DNA of 64,000 nucleotides from Acidaminococcaceae bacterium UBA2453 (GCA_002342505.1 DDQB01000108.1:11046-75045); one strand, 5' to 3'; counted from the first letter of the stretch, positions 1 through 10,305 are shown. A program made the numbers and translations. The notes: generated from the letters alone by a model not told the origin.

Positions 1-934
1 TAGCATCTTCAGTTACATCACGGATTTCCGCTCCGCCATCCATTGCCGCCAATTTCTGATCTACGCCCATGATCTGTGCAAACTGATTGAAAAATCCCCG
101 GAACTCCAGATCCGCCATCATCTTCTGCGCAGTTTCATCCAACGGTTTCAGCGTATAAGCATCCATCTCTGTGTCCAGTCCCGGCACATCCGTAAAGATT
201 GTAGCCAGCTCCTTGGACAGCAGCGCCTGTTCTTTGTTGGCTTCCAGTTTTTCTTTCAGGCTTTTGCCTTTTACTTCTGCAATATGATCCAGCACATTTT
301 CTACGCTGCCATATTCCGCAATCAGCTTCAGCGCCGTTTTAGGTCCCACCCCGGGCACACCGGGAATGTTGTCTGAGGTATCCCCCATCAATCCCTTCAG
401 GTCGATCAGCTGCAGCGGGATAAGTCCCTCATAATCTTCCGCAAACGCAGTTTTATCATACAATTTAATATCTGAAATCCCCTTCTTCGTGTACATGACC
501 CGGGTGCGGTCATCAATAAGCTGCAATTCGTCCCGGTCGCCGGTAACGATATACACTTCCACGGAGGGATCTGCTTTTTTTGCAAAGGTGCCGATGATAT
601 CGTCCGCTTCATAGTCGTCCAGTTCCAACGCAGCAATGCCCATGGACCGCAATACTTCCATGCACAGGGGGAACTGTTCTTTCAGCTCCGGCGGCGTGGG
701 TTTACGCTGCCCTTTATAATCGGCAAACAGTTTGGTACGGAACGTAATGCGCGATTTGTCGAAAGCGGCTGCCACCCATCGGGGTTTCACATCCTGCAGC
801 AGTTTATGGAACATGCGCAGGAAACCGTATACAGCGCCGGTGTGCTGCCCTTTGCGGTTAGTTAGGGGCGGCAGGGCGAAGAATGCGCGGTGGATGAGGC
901 TGCTGCCGTCGATGACTAAAAATTTATCAGACAT
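1..934 (-). CDS. polA: DNA polymerase I, N-terminal 5'-3' exonuclease region (partial; continues beyond window start)
   Basis: Manual translation from ATG at 934: MSDKFLVIDGSSLIHRAFFALPPLTNRKGQHTGAVYGF, later YEADDIIGT and GDTSDNIPGVPGVGPKTA, typical PolA 5'-nuclease motifs. Not in the ORF track because it is truncated. Confidence 0.95.
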   Translation of the reverse strand, partial: MSDKFLVIDGSSLIHRAFFALPPLTNRKGQHTGAVYGFLRMFHKLLQDVKPRWVAAAFDKSRITFRTKLFADYKGQRKPTPPELKEQFPLCMEVLRSMGIAALELDDYEADDIIGTFAKKADPSVEVYIVTGDRDELQLIDDRTRVMYTKKGISDIKLYDKTAFAEDYEGLIPLQLIDLKGLMGDTSDNIPGVPGVGPKTALKLIAEYGSVENVLDHIAEVKGKSLKEKLEANKEQALLSKELATIFTDVPGLDTEMDAYTLKPLDETAQKMMADLEFRGFFNQFAQIMGVDQKLAAMDGGAEIRDVTEDA

Positions 935-1018
935 GGTGTGTACTCCTGCAAAAAGTTTTTTGTTATTGATAATATTTAATTATATCATACTATATTAAAA
1001 AGTTAAACGAACCGGAAA

Positions 1019-1091
1019 GGTTCCTCTCTCCCCGGCAAAACTAACGGCAGCATTGCGCAGGCCATTCTGCACCTGCCGCCTAATACTTTGC
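1019..1091. repeat. Degenerate copy of intergenic repeat family A
   Basis: ttcctctctccccggcaaaactaacggcagcat...cctaatactttgc aligns by eye with ttcctccttcccccgcaaagctacggcggcat...cctaaagcttcgc at ~11028-11097. Confidence 0.55.
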
Positions 1092-1141
1092 AATAAAATC
1101 TCACTCAGTGAAACCCATTTAACACACTTACTCCATAAAAC

Positions 1142-1169
1142 AAAAAGGCGGCAGATAACTCTGTCGCCT
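1142..1169 (-). terminator. Intrinsic terminator after the LapA-family gene
   Basis: Minus strand aggcgacag-agttat-ctgccgcc followed by TTTTT. Confidence 0.7.
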
Positions 1170-1206
1170 AAAAAAACTACGTCTTATCCATTTAATCAGA
1201 ACTTCT

Positions 1207-1596
1207 TTAAAACTTTTTTGCAGTCGGATTGGCGGGTCCGGGTACGGGTGTCGCCGGAGTAACCGCAGGCGCCGGCGTGGCGGTTATGTCTGCAGGGTTT
1301 GCGTCGTTCTGTTCTTTCAACATTTTTTCTATTTTTTCCCGAAGGATCCGTTTGTCGTCTTCCAGCAGCGCGATCTGCTCATTAAGTTTCCGTTGTTTCC
1401 ACAGGCTCTGAGTTTTCACTTTGATGCCCCACACCATAGCGATCAGGAAACCGCAAATCACAGAAATCAGCACTACCAGCACAAGATTCAGACGAAAACT
1501 CCACATAAACAGTGTTAAATCCACCATCATGGAATTCTGGAGTGCCAGAACGGCAACCAATACAGCGATGATCGCAGTTAAAATCATAAACAGCAT
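1207..1596 (-). CDS. LapA (DUF1049) family membrane protein
   Basis: Two TM segments, ALQNSMMVDLTLFMW motif, coiled coil, Pro/Ala/Thr-rich tail. Confidence 0.8.
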   Translation of the reverse strand: MLFMILTAIIAVLVAVLALQNSMMVDLTLFMWSFRLNLVLVVLISVICGFLIAMVWGIKVKTQSLWKQRKLNEQIALLEDDKRILREKIEKMLKEQNDANPADITATPAPAVTPATPVPGPANPTAKKF

Positions 1597-1702
1597 ATCA
1601 TTTCCTCTTTTCTTTCATCAGAATCTGTTTTATACAGACAGAACAGAGCAACCGACTGCAACGCTTCCGAAAAAGTTTCCTTTTTCAGATCGCGCAGCCA
1701 TA

Positions 1703-2887
1703 TTACATGCACTCTTTAATGGCTTTAGCCATTCGTTTTACACCTTCCACGATCTTGTCGTCTGGCATGCAGGAATAGTTTACGCGCATGCTGCGATCGG
1801 TCTTATCATTGGGATAGAACGCGTCGCCGATTACTGCCGCCACTTTCTGCTCAATGCATTTGTCAAACACTTTGCGGGCGCTCACGCCTTCCGGCAGGGT
1901 CACCCACAGGAACAGGCCGCCTTCCGGACGGGTGAATGCAACGCCTTCCGGGAATTCCTCTTCCATGGTCTTCAGGATCAGGTCGCGGCGATGGCCGTAC
2001 AGCGCTACGATTTCTTTTACATGGGCGTCTAAATCATAAGTATCCATGTATGCGTCCGCAATGCCCTGGTCAAAATTGGATGTATGCAGGTCCGCGCTCT
2101 GTTTGATCATAACAAACTTTTCTACGATGCTATGCGGTCCGGCAATCCAGCCCAGACGCAGGCCGGGGCAAAAAATCTTGGAAAAGGTGCCCAGGAAGGA
2201 AACCAGCCCTTTGGTATCCATGGATTTCAGCGTCGGATAGCTGGTTCCGCTGTAACGCAGTTCCCCGTAAGGATTATCTTCGAATACCGGCAGGTCGTAT
2301 TTATTAATGACTTCCATAAATTTCTTGCGGCGTTCCAGGCTCCAGCAGATGCCGGTAGGATTCTGGAAATCGGGAATTACATAAATGAATTTGCATTTCG
2401 GTGTAGTCGCCAGAATTTTATCCAGTTCTTCCGGAATGATGCCCTCTCCATCTGTCGGAACTTCTTTGAAAACCGGTTGATAAGCATTGAACGCATTCAG
2501 CGCCCCCAGGTAGGACGGGCTTTCGCACAGCACCACGTCCCCGGGATCCAGGAACAGCTTGCCCGCAAAATCCAGGCACTGTTGGGAACCGGTGGTGATC
2601 AGTATATCGTCGGCCACAACCGGCGTTTTATATTTTTCCGTCATGCGTCTGGCAATTTTCTCGCGCAGGGTGGGACGGCCTTCGGTAGTAGCATACTGCA
2701 ACAGCTTCTGTCCTTCTTTTTCTACCAGATCGTGGGAAACCTGTGCAATCTCTTTTACCGGGAACAGTTCCGGCGCAGGCAGTCCGCCCGCAAATGAAAT
2801 AATATCCGGCTGCGCCGTCAGCTTCAATAATTCACGAATCTCGGACGCTTTCATCCGGTCCATTCTGCTTGCAAATTTGTACTCCAT
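1703..2887 (-). CDS. PLP-dependent aminotransferase class I/II (LysN/ARO8-like, no HTH domain)
   Basis: ISFAGGLP, PDFQNPTG, EDNPYGEL, GTFSKIFCPGLRLGW (PLP lysine); start moved to MEYKF behind a GGAGGGG RBS. Confidence 0.92.
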   Translation of the reverse strand: MEYKFASRMDRMKASEIRELLKLTAQPDIISFAGGLPAPELFPVKEIAQVSHDLVEKEGQKLLQYATTEGRPTLREKIARRMTEKYKTPVVADDILITTGSQQCLDFAGKLFLDPGDVVLCESPSYLGALNAFNAYQPVFKEVPTDGEGIIPEELDKILATTPKCKFIYVIPDFQNPTGICWSLERRKKFMEVINKYDLPVFEDNPYGELRYSGTSYPTLKSMDTKGLVSFLGTFSKIFCPGLRLGWIAGPHSIVEKFVMIKQSADLHTSNFDQGIADAYMDTYDLDAHVKEIVALYGHRRDLILKTMEEEFPEGVAFTRPEGGLFLWVTLPEGVSARKVFDKCIEQKVAAVIGDAFYPNDKTDRSMRVNYSCMPDDKIVEGVKRMAKAIKECM

Positions 2888-2952
2888 AGTGTACCCCCTC
2901 CTGAATATTCTGTTATGCATTAAATATTATTGTATAAAAACCTATATTGAAA

Positions 2953-2981
2953 ATTTTATCACTTGCAGAATTCAGTGTCAA
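2953..2981 (-). promoter_or_regulatory. Sigma-A promoter of the aminotransferase gene
   Basis: TTGACA-17 nt-TAAAAT with extended TG on the minus strand. Confidence 0.7.
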
Positions 2982-3012
2982 CAAAGTATCTTATTTTTTA
3001 CTTTACATTTAA

Positions 3013-3124
3013 GAATAGCCCGGACCGGTTTCCTCTCCCCCCTCCTCGCTGGCCGCGCTCGCTGCGTTACGCATGGCGTCACATCGTCGATGGGGACTCC
3101 TCAGGAAACCGGTCCGGGCTATTC
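3013..3124. repeat. MITE/REPIN-like element with perfect 22-bp terminal inverted repeats (family A)
   Basis: gaatagcccggaccggtttcct (3013-3034) is the exact reverse complement of aggaaaccggtccgggctattc (3103-3124). Confidence 0.75.
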
Positions 3125-3154
3125 ATGCACTTGAAGCAAAAAATCATTTTCCCC

Positions 3155-3307
3155 GGAACGAATTCTGCAGACAATCTCTGTTGCCAACACGAAAGCGCCA
3201 GCATCACATTCCTATAGGGGGCCCTTCAACGAACACAGTAAGAAGGGGAAAATGGATGTGAGCTGGCGCTTTATTTACTTTATATCAGATGTTGCAGAAT
3301 TCGTTCC
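3155..3307. repeat. Nested inverted-repeat structure downstream of gdh (family B copy 1)
   Basis: 15-bp perfect IR ggaacgaattctgca/tgcagaattcgttcc enclosing the stem aaagcgccagc...gctggcgcttt with apical cccttcaacgaa...gaaggg. Confidence 0.65.
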
Positions 3308-3310
3308 TTC

Positions 3311-4552
3311 TCAGTACATACCGCGGAACTTCATCGCCACGGTGAGGCGTTTCAGCGCGGCAATGTAAGCTGCCACACGCATGGGTACCTTGTACTCTTC
3401 GGAAAGCGCATGCACTTCTTTAAACGCTTTCACCATCATGGCGATCTGTTTTTCCTTTACTTCTTCTTCCGTCCAGAAGTAACGATACAGATTCTGTACC
3501 CATTCAAAATAAGAAACGGTTACGCCGCCGCCGTTGGCCAAAATATCGGGCACCACAAACACGCCGTTCTTTTCCAGAATCGTATCCGCATCCGGAGTCG
3601 TCGGACCGTTAGCACCTTCACAGATGATCGCCGCCTGGATCTTTTTGGCATTGGCTTTGGTGATCTGGTTTTCCATAGCGCAGGGGAACAGTACGTCGAC
3701 TTTCTGTTCCAGCACCAGTTCCTTGTCAATGGATTTTGCATCCGGAAATCCTACTACGCTGTGATTTTCGCTGGTTGCGGTGTATTCCGAAAGTTTATGG
3801 GGGTTAATGCCTTTTGCATTATAAATTGCGCCGAATACGTCGGAGATCGCTACGATCTTCATTCCTTCATCAAAGGCGATCTTGGCGGTCCAGCTGCCAA
3901 CGTTACCGAAACCCTGCACTGCAGCGGTAGCGCCTTTCACTTTCATCTTCTTCACTTTCAGCGCTTCCAGCGCTGCCGTTACCACGCCCTGCCCAGTGGC
4001 CGCCGTACGCCCCAGCGAGCCGCCCAGGGAAAGATCTTTGCCGGTGATGAAACCAGGTTCATACTGGCCGGTGATCTTGCTGTATTCGTCCATCATCCAG
4101 CCCATAATCTTGGCATTAGTGTTCATATCCGGAGCCGGAATATCTTTCTTCTCGCCGATCACACCGGCAATCTTATCGATGTAACCGCGGGTCAGCGCTT
4201 CCAGTTCCCGTTCGGACAATTTCGTTACATCTACAATGATGCCGCCTTTGCCGCCGCCGTAAGGAAGTCCGGCCACCGCGCACTTGCAGGTCATCCAGAA
4301 GGCCAGTGTCTTTACCTCGTCCATGTTCACCGCGGTGTGATACCGCACGCCGCCCTTGGCCGGTCCCATGATGGTACTGTGCTGGCAGCGGTAGCCCGTA
4401 AACACCTGAACCGTGCCGTCATCCATCTTAACCGGGATATGCACTTCCGTAGTCTTTTCCGGAACCGCAATGATTGCCGCAGCGCCCGGATCCAGCTTCA
4501 TCGCTTTAATGGCCTTGTTCAGTGGAATCATAGATTGTTCGATCAGTCCCAT
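3311..4552 (-). CDS. gdhA: Glu/Leu/Phe/Val-family glutamate dehydrogenase
   Basis: GPAKGGVRY, LPYGGGKGG, DIPAPDMNT, QGFGNVG, CEGANGP, GGVTVSYFEWVQN; start MGLIEQ behind a GGAGG RBS. Confidence 0.93.
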   Translation of the reverse strand: MGLIEQSMIPLNKAIKAMKLDPGAAAIIAVPEKTTEVHIPVKMDDGTVQVFTGYRCQHSTIMGPAKGGVRYHTAVNMDEVKTLAFWMTCKCAVAGLPYGGGKGGIIVDVTKLSERELEALTRGYIDKIAGVIGEKKDIPAPDMNTNAKIMGWMMDEYSKITGQYEPGFITGKDLSLGGSLGRTAATGQGVVTAALEALKVKKMKVKGATAAVQGFGNVGSWTAKIAFDEGMKIVAISDVFGAIYNAKGINPHKLSEYTATSENHSVVGFPDAKSIDKELVLEQKVDVLFPCAMENQITKANAKKIQAAIICEGANGPTTPDADTILEKNGVFVVPDILANGGGVTVSYFEWVQNLYRYFWTEEEVKEKQIAMMVKAFKEVHALSEEYKVPMRVAAYIAALKRLTVAMKFRGMY

Positions 4553-5004
4553 ACTCGTTTTCCTCCTTGCTCTTTCAATATTTTCAATTATAATAACATA
4601 TGCAGTTCTCAAAACCGCATAAATGACCTGATACATAATTTGCAACATTTCTTTTTCATTCAGAAGCGAAATATTGCAACAGTATTGTCAGAATTATTAT
4701 ATCATATTCCATTTTCCCTGTAAAAAGTTTTTAACTTCTTTTGGCTCTTTTTCACCCCTGCCAACCCCGTCAGGCATGCGGTTGGCAACATTTTTAAAAT
4801 TTCCTGATTTTTTGCAAAAAAATCATTGCTATTCATTGCCGTTTGCATGTATAATGCAAGTACAATAATAACAAAAATTAAATTGGGTCAGCCTGTCCGG
4901 AATTTCAATTTCCAAAGGTCTTTCCTGTTTATATTATAATACGGAAGCCGCCGCATCTCAGATTCTGTCATGCAACGGGTTCCGGGGAAAGGTTGTGACA
5001 TGAA

Positions 5005-6000
5005 ATGAATGAATTAATCCGTCTGGAAGGGATCACCAAAAAATTTGGCGAGCATGTCATTATCCCTACTTTGGATCTTACGATCAATGATGGTGAATTT
5101 GTTACGTTGTTAGGTCCGTCCGGCTGTGGCAAAACCACGCTGTTGCGTATGATCGCCGGACTGGAGACGCCAACTACCGGCCGGGTCATCCTGGACGGGA
5201 AGGATATTACCAAGCTGCCGCCCTATAAACGTAACGTCAATATGGTCTTTCAGAACTACGCTCTCTTTCCGCACATGACCGTGACGGAAAATATCCATTT
5301 CGGGTTAAAGATGCAGGGCGTTCCCAATGATGAAGCGCAGGAACGCATCAATCAGGTGCTGTATTTAACCCAGCTGGAACAGCTGCGTGACCGCTATCCG
5401 TCCCAGATGTCCGGCGGACAGCAGCAGCGTGTAGCCATCGCCCGGGCCCTGGTCAACAGCCCCAAAGTATTGTTGCTGGACGAACCTCTGGGCGCACTGG
5501 ACTACCAGCTCCGCAAAAAGCTGCAGCTGGAACTGAAGAACCTGCAGAGAGGTCTGGGCCTTACCTTTATCTTCGTCACCCACGATCAGGAAGAAGCCCT
5601 CACCATGAGCGACCGCATCGTCATCATGCACGACGGCGTCATCCAGCAGGACGGGGATCCCAACGGTATCTACCATCATCCCCGCAACACCTTTGTGGCC
5701 CGTTTCATCGGGGAAAGCAATTTCTTTGAAATCGGCAGCGACACCTATGCGCTGCGTCCGGAAAAACTGAACCTGTGCCCGGAAGATGAAGAGAACGCAA
5801 ACCATCCGGAACCGAAATTCTTCGGCACTGTAGTAGATATCGTCTTCTACGGCACCATTGACAAAGTCTTTATCCGTCTTGACAACACGAACCAAACAGT
5901 AATCGCCTACCAGTATTTTGACGACGTGCATCGCTGGCAGACAGACGACCGGGTTGGAATCTGGTGGTATGATCGGGATGGGGTGAAGGTAGAGAAATGA
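5005..6000 (+). CDS. potA: Spermidine/putrescine ABC transporter ATPase
   Basis: [38 protein letters not shown]; operon context. Confidence 0.9.
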   Translation: MNELIRLEGITKKFGEHVIIPTLDLTINDGEFVTLLGPSGCGKTTLLRMIAGLETPTTGRVILDGKDITKLPPYKRNVNMVFQNYALFPHMTVTENIHFGLKMQGVPNDEAQERINQVLYLTQLEQLRDRYPSQMSGGQQQRVAIARALVNSPKVLLLDEPLGALDYQLRKKLQLELKNLQRGLGLTFIFVTHDQEEALTMSDRIVIMHDGVIQQDGDPNGIYHHPRNTFVARFIGESNFFEIGSDTYALRPEKLNLCPEDEENANHPEPKFFGTVVDIVFYGTIDKVFIRLDNTNQTVIAYQYFDDVHRWQTDDRVGIWWYDRDGVKVEK

Positions 6001-6854
6001 AAAACGGTAAATTTCTGATTGCTCCTTCCATGCTGTGGCTGGGATTCTTCTTTGTCATTCCCATGCTCATCGTAGTTGCGGTATCCTTTGCCGCCCGCAC
6101 GCCTTACGGCCAGGTGGTCTTCGACTGGAACCTCAACAACTACATCCGCTTTCTGGAGCCTTTATATCTTTCTATTTTTGCACAGACCCTGCTGGTTGCT
6201 CTGGTCACCACAGTCGTGACCATTTTGATGGGATACCCGCTGGCCTACTACATCGCCCAACTGCCCAAACGCTGGCAGCAGCCGGGACTGATCCTCTGCA
6301 TGATTCCCTTCTGGATCAACTTCCTGATCCGGTCTTATGCATGGGTCATCATCCTCCGGGCCCAGGGCGTGCTGAATACATTTTTACTGAAGGCCGGTTT
6401 CATCGACCAGCCGTTACAGCTGTTGTATAATGAAGGCGCCGTCATGCTGGGCATGATTTATTCGTTGCTGCCCTTCATGATCCTGCCGATTTACGTTTCC
6501 ATCGAACAGTTGGACCGTCGGCTGCTGGAAGCCGCTTCCGATCTGGGAGCGCCTCCCTTCACCGCCTTCCGCAAAATTACCCTGCCGCTGACCATGCCCG
6601 GTGTGGCTGCCGGAACTATCCTGGTCTTTATCTCCTCGTTGGGCATGTTCGTCGTTCCTGATGTCATGGGCGGCGCCAAGTCAGCCTTAGTAGGGAACCT
6701 GATCCAGAATCAGTTCCTGTCGGCCCGCGACTGGCCCTTCGGTTCGGCCCTGTCTATCGTACTGGCCGCGCTTTCGCTGCTTCTGATCATCCTCTACTAC
6801 CGTGCCATCCAGGCACAGAACGGAGGTGCGGAAAATGCAAAAAACGTGGCGTAG
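5997..6854 (+). CDS. potB: Spermidine/putrescine ABC permease
   Basis: Multi-TM protein, [21 protein letters not shown] (EAA loop). Confidence 0.9.
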   Translation: MKNGKFLIAPSMLWLGFFFVIPMLIVVAVSFAARTPYGQVVFDWNLNNYIRFLEPLYLSIFAQTLLVALVTTVVTILMGYPLAYYIAQLPKRWQQPGLILCMIPFWINFLIRSYAWVIILRAQGVLNTFLLKAGFIDQPLQLLYNEGAVMLGMIYSLLPFMILPIYVSIEQLDRRLLEAASDLGAPPFTAFRKITLPLTMPGVAAGTILVFISSLGMFVVPDVMGGAKSALVGNLIQNQFLSARDWPFGSALSIVLAALSLLLIILYYRAIQAQNGGAENAKNVA

Positions 6855-7629
6855 TCACCTGCTGTTAGCTTATTCCCTGGTCATTCTGGCCTTTCTGTAC
6901 GTTCCGCTGATTATCCTGGCCATGTACTCCTTTAACGATTCCCGCATCAACGCAGTATGGACCGGCTTCACCTTTAAATGGTACGAGCAGCTGTTCGACA
7001 ACCGCCGGGTATTGGAAGCGCTGATCAACACCCTGATCGTTGGGGTCTCTTCCACCGTTGTATCCACCACGCTGGGCACCATCGCCGCCATTGCGCTGCA
7101 CAAATATAAATTCAAAATGCAGAGCGCCATCAACGGACTGGTGTATCTACCCATCCTGATTCCGGAAATCGTTATGGGCCTGTCCCTGCTGGTATTATTC
7201 TCGCAGGCCCAGATTCCGCTGGGCAAAGGATCTCTGATCCTGGCCCACATCACCTTCTGTCTGTCCTTCGTCGTCATCACCGTAGGCGCCCGCCTGGACG
7301 GCATGCGCAGTGACTACGAACAGGCGGCCAGCGATCTGTACGCAACCCCATGGCAGTGCTTCCGTTACGTAACACTGCCGCTGATCATGCCGGGTATCGT
7401 TGCCGGCGCCTTGATCGCCTTTACCCTTTCCATCGATGACTTTGTCATTAGCTTCTTTGTGGCCGGCCCCAACTCCACCACGCTGCCGCTGTACATCTAC
7501 GCCATGGTCAAGCGCGGTATTTCCCCGGAGATAAACGCCCTGTCAACTTTAATGATGGTCGTGGAAATCGTACTGGTTATTTTAGCCGAACTCTTACAGC
7601 CCAGCCATAAAGCGAAAGCTGAAGAATAA
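6835..7629 (+). CDS. potC: Spermidine/putrescine ABC permease
   Basis: FLYVPLI, WTGFTFKWY, FTLSIDDF, GISPEINAL; ATG at 6835 behind GGAGG. Confidence 0.9.
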   Translation: MQKTWRSHLLLAYSLVILAFLYVPLIILAMYSFNDSRINAVWTGFTFKWYEQLFDNRRVLEALINTLIVGVSSTVVSTTLGTIAAIALHKYKFKMQSAINGLVYLPILIPEIVMGLSLLVLFSQAQIPLGKGSLILAHITFCLSFVVITVGARLDGMRSDYEQAASDLYATPWQCFRYVTLPLIMPGIVAGALIAFTLSIDDFVISFFVAGPNSTTLPLYIYAMVKRGISPEINALSTLMMVVEIVLVILAELLQPSHKAKAEE

Positions 7630-7826
7630 AACAATTACTTGCAGAAAGGGAGGGATGCTGTGAAATGAGTTTATTTTCTACAAACGACGTAATCCCCCGA
7701 AAGTATGATTCGAAACAGAATCCTGAATTAAGTAAAATCGCGTTGACAACACCAAGTCAAAGTAAGTTAAGTGAAGTAAAATCAAAACATTAAAAAATAA
7801 ATTTTATGAAAAGAGGTTGATACCAT

Positions 7827-8915
7827 TTGAAAAAAAATTGGAACCGCATCGTACTGATGCTCTTACTCATTGCAGCTTTTACTCTCACGCTGGCAGGCTG
7901 CGGCAGCGGCGATAAGAAGGCAGACGCCCCGAAGGACAGCAACAAAAAAGAACAGGTTCTGAACATTTACAGCTGGGCCGATTATTTTGATCCGAAGGTT
8001 CTGGCGGAATTTGAAAAAGCCAATAACTGCCGTATCAACTATGATGTGTATTCCAACAACGAAGAATTACTGGCCAAAATGCAGGCCGGCGGCGCGCAGT
8101 TTGATATCATCCAGCCATCTGACTACATGGTAACCACCATGACAAAGCTGAACATGCTGGAAAAACTGGACCACAGCAAAATGCCTAACATCCAGAACCT
8201 GATTGAAAGCCTGAAACATCCTGATTACGATCCCAAACAGGAATATGCCATTCCATATGTATGGGGCATTACGGGCATTGCTTATAATAAAAAATACGTG
8301 AAAGATCCTATCACCAGCTGGGCCGATCTGTGGAAACCCGAATACAAGGGTCATGTGATCCTGCTGAACGACAATCGGGAAGTATTCAGCCTGGCACTGA
8401 AGAAAATGGGAAAATCCAATAACAGCACCGACCCGAAAGACGTGGAAGCGGCGTTCAACGAACTGAAGAAGCTGAACACCAACGTATTGGCCTATGATAC
8501 CGAAAACAACAAACAGAAGATGATTGCGGAAGAAGCCTGGATCGCCCAGATGTGGAGCGGCGACGCCTCTTTCTGCAACTTTGATAACCCCAGCATTGAG
8601 TTCTGCGTTCCGAAAGAAGGCACTCTGATCTGGGCGGACAATATGGCCATCCCCAAAGGCGCCAAGAACAAGGAACTGGCTATGAAGTTCCTCAACTACA
8701 TCTACGATCCGCAGATAAGCGCCCGTAACTTTGACTACATGAAACTGCCGAATGCAAACGCCAAAGCAATCCCCTTGCAGAAGAAGGAAATCGTAGAAAG
8801 CGCGATTCTGAAAAACGCAAGCAGTCATGCCGACAAAGGTGAATGGTTGCATGATATCGGGAATGCGATCACGATGTATGACAGATTTTGGACAGAGTTG
8901 AAGACGGGAAAATAA
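7827..8915 (+). CDS. potD: Spermidine/putrescine-binding lipoprotein
   Basis: Lipobox LAGC, LNIYSWADY, YSNNEEL, PSDYMV, PYVWG, PKEG; TTG start. Confidence 0.9.
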   Translation: MKKNWNRIVLMLLLIAAFTLTLAGCGSGDKKADAPKDSNKKEQVLNIYSWADYFDPKVLAEFEKANNCRINYDVYSNNEELLAKMQAGGAQFDIIQPSDYMVTTMTKLNMLEKLDHSKMPNIQNLIESLKHPDYDPKQEYAIPYVWGITGIAYNKKYVKDPITSWADLWKPEYKGHVILLNDNREVFSLALKKMGKSNNSTDPKDVEAAFNELKKLNTNVLAYDTENNKQKMIAEEAWIAQMWSGDASFCNFDNPSIEFCVPKEGTLIWADNMAIPKGAKNKELAMKFLNYIYDPQISARNFDYMKLPNANAKAIPLQKKEIVESAILKNASSHADKGEWLHDIGNAITMYDRFWTELKTGK

Positions 8916-8932
8916 ATTTCCTGTCATATAAA

Positions 8933-8971
8933 AAAATTAGCCCCCGAACCGCATGCGGTTCGGGGGTTTTT
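8933..8971. terminator. Bidirectional intrinsic terminator between potD and the ThrE pair
   Basis: cccccgaaccgc-at-gcggttcggggg flanked by A and T runs. Confidence 0.85.
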
Positions 8972-8974
8972 CAT

Positions 8975-9499
8975 TTATTCGTTGTCTGCTTCGTTTTCCG
9001 GGTCGGTTACATAGAGCTCAGGTGAGATTTCGGTGCCCAGCAGATCCTGCTGACGTTGGCGGGCGAAGTCGTTTCCTGTTTTCAGTGCGCGGAAGATGCC
9101 GGAGACCATCATGATGCCCAAAGCGATAGCACAGGAATCCAGAGCGGCGCCCAGCAATACTTCGTTGCCAAAGTTCACATAATTATTCAGGATATACCGC
9201 ATGCCCTGATACATGCCCAGCCCCGGAACCAGCGGGATGATGGCCGGAATTTCAAAAACTGTCACCGGTTCCTTCCAGACGCGGGCAAATATTTCGCTGA
9301 TTACCGCGATAGCAATAGTCGCCAGAAAATTGGCCGAGAAAGAATGAATGGAAAAACCATTTTTCAACACGATAAAAATGACCCAGCCGATCCCGCCGAT
9401 AATGCCGCTGCGCCACAATATCCGTTTCGGTCCCTGGAACAAAACGCCAAAGGCCACAGTAGCAAAAAAAGCAAAAACAAAAGCTTCCGCATATTTCAT
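8975..9499 (-). CDS. Threonine/serine exporter family, small subunit (ThrE_2/YjjB-like)
   Basis: Multi-TM protein, IPAIIPLVPGLGMY; start MKYAEAF overlaps the upstream stop (ATGA). Confidence 0.82.
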   Translation of the reverse strand: MKYAEAFVFAFFATVAFGVLFQGPKRILWRSGIIGGIGWVIFIVLKNGFSIHSFSANFLATIAIAVISEIFARVWKEPVTVFEIPAIIPLVPGLGMYQGMRYILNNYVNFGNEVLLGAALDSCAIALGIMMVSGIFRALKTGNDFARQRQQDLLGTEISPELYVTDPENEADNE

Positions 9500-10299
9500 G
9501 GCATGCCTCCCCAGGTCCAGGCCTTCAATACAAATGCCAGCCCGATAGCGATGGACAGGGCAAACAGCGCGGCTTCCGCAATGCGACTGTTCCCGCTGAG
9601 CAGATCGCCCGCCATGTAGTCCCGCACGCCGTTGGTAAAGGCCAGCCCCGGCAAAAAGGGCATCAATGCGCCTACCGTCATGCTTTCCAGTGTGCATTCC
9701 GGTTCAATATAATTACATATCAGCGTTGCCAGCCCGATGATCATGCCAGCCATAAAGTTTTCCCAAAATGGCGTGGGATGGAAATTATCCACAGTTTTCA
9801 GGAAAGACATGGCTAAAAAACCAGCCAGAAACGCGCCGGTAAAATCATATACATCTCCGCCCAGAAGCATGGAAAAACAGGCGCTGCCTACCCCTGATGC
9901 CAGACATACGATGCTGTTTCTATAGGGATGCGATTGTGCCAGTCTATTCTGCAGCCAGTGTTTTGTCTGCACGTGGTCCATTTTCCAGCGGCGGAAGTTA
10001 TAGGAAAACTGGTTGATATCCATGATCAGCCCCAAGTCCGTAGCACGCCAGCGGACACGGAACACGCGGCTTTTGCCCCGGGGACTTTCATCCCCCAGAA
10101 TAATGATCGTCGGTGTACAGAATACGTTCAGGTCATAGTATCCGTAGCTGCGGCAGAAGCGCATCATGGTATCTTCCACCCGGTTGGTCTCCGCTCCGCT
10201 TTTCAGCAGAATCTTTCCCAGATCCATAGCAATGTCCATAACCTGATTTTTGGTCATAGGCACTAAATCGGGCAGTCCTTTTTGTTTGTGATCTGACAT
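9496..10299 (-). CDS. Threonine/serine exporter family protein (ThrE/YjjP-like)
   Basis: GKILLKSGAETNRVEDTM, PFLPGLAFTNGVRD, GDLLSG. Confidence 0.88.
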   Translation of the reverse strand: MSDHKQKGLPDLVPMTKNQVMDIAMDLGKILLKSGAETNRVEDTMMRFCRSYGYYDLNVFCTPTIIILGDESPRGKSRVFRVRWRATDLGLIMDINQFSYNFRRWKMDHVQTKHWLQNRLAQSHPYRNSIVCLASGVGSACFSMLLGGDVYDFTGAFLAGFLAMSFLKTVDNFHPTPFWENFMAGMIIGLATLICNYIEPECTLESMTVGALMPFLPGLAFTNGVRDYMAGDLLSGNSRIAEAALFALSIAIGLAFVLKAWTWGGMP

Positions 10300-10305
10300 T
10301 CTCTG

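Noticed and set aside
3410-4723. 437-aa plus-strand ORF
   Set aside because: Antisense shadow of gdh; no motifs or RBS
7750-7790. Short aagt-type tandem repeats before potD
   Set aside because: Low-complexity AT-rich sequence; no spacers or CRISPR-like periodicity
9500-9697. N-terminal extension of the 240-aa ORF
   Set aside because: Out-of-frame overlap with thrE; the likely true start at 9499 is coupled to the thrE stop
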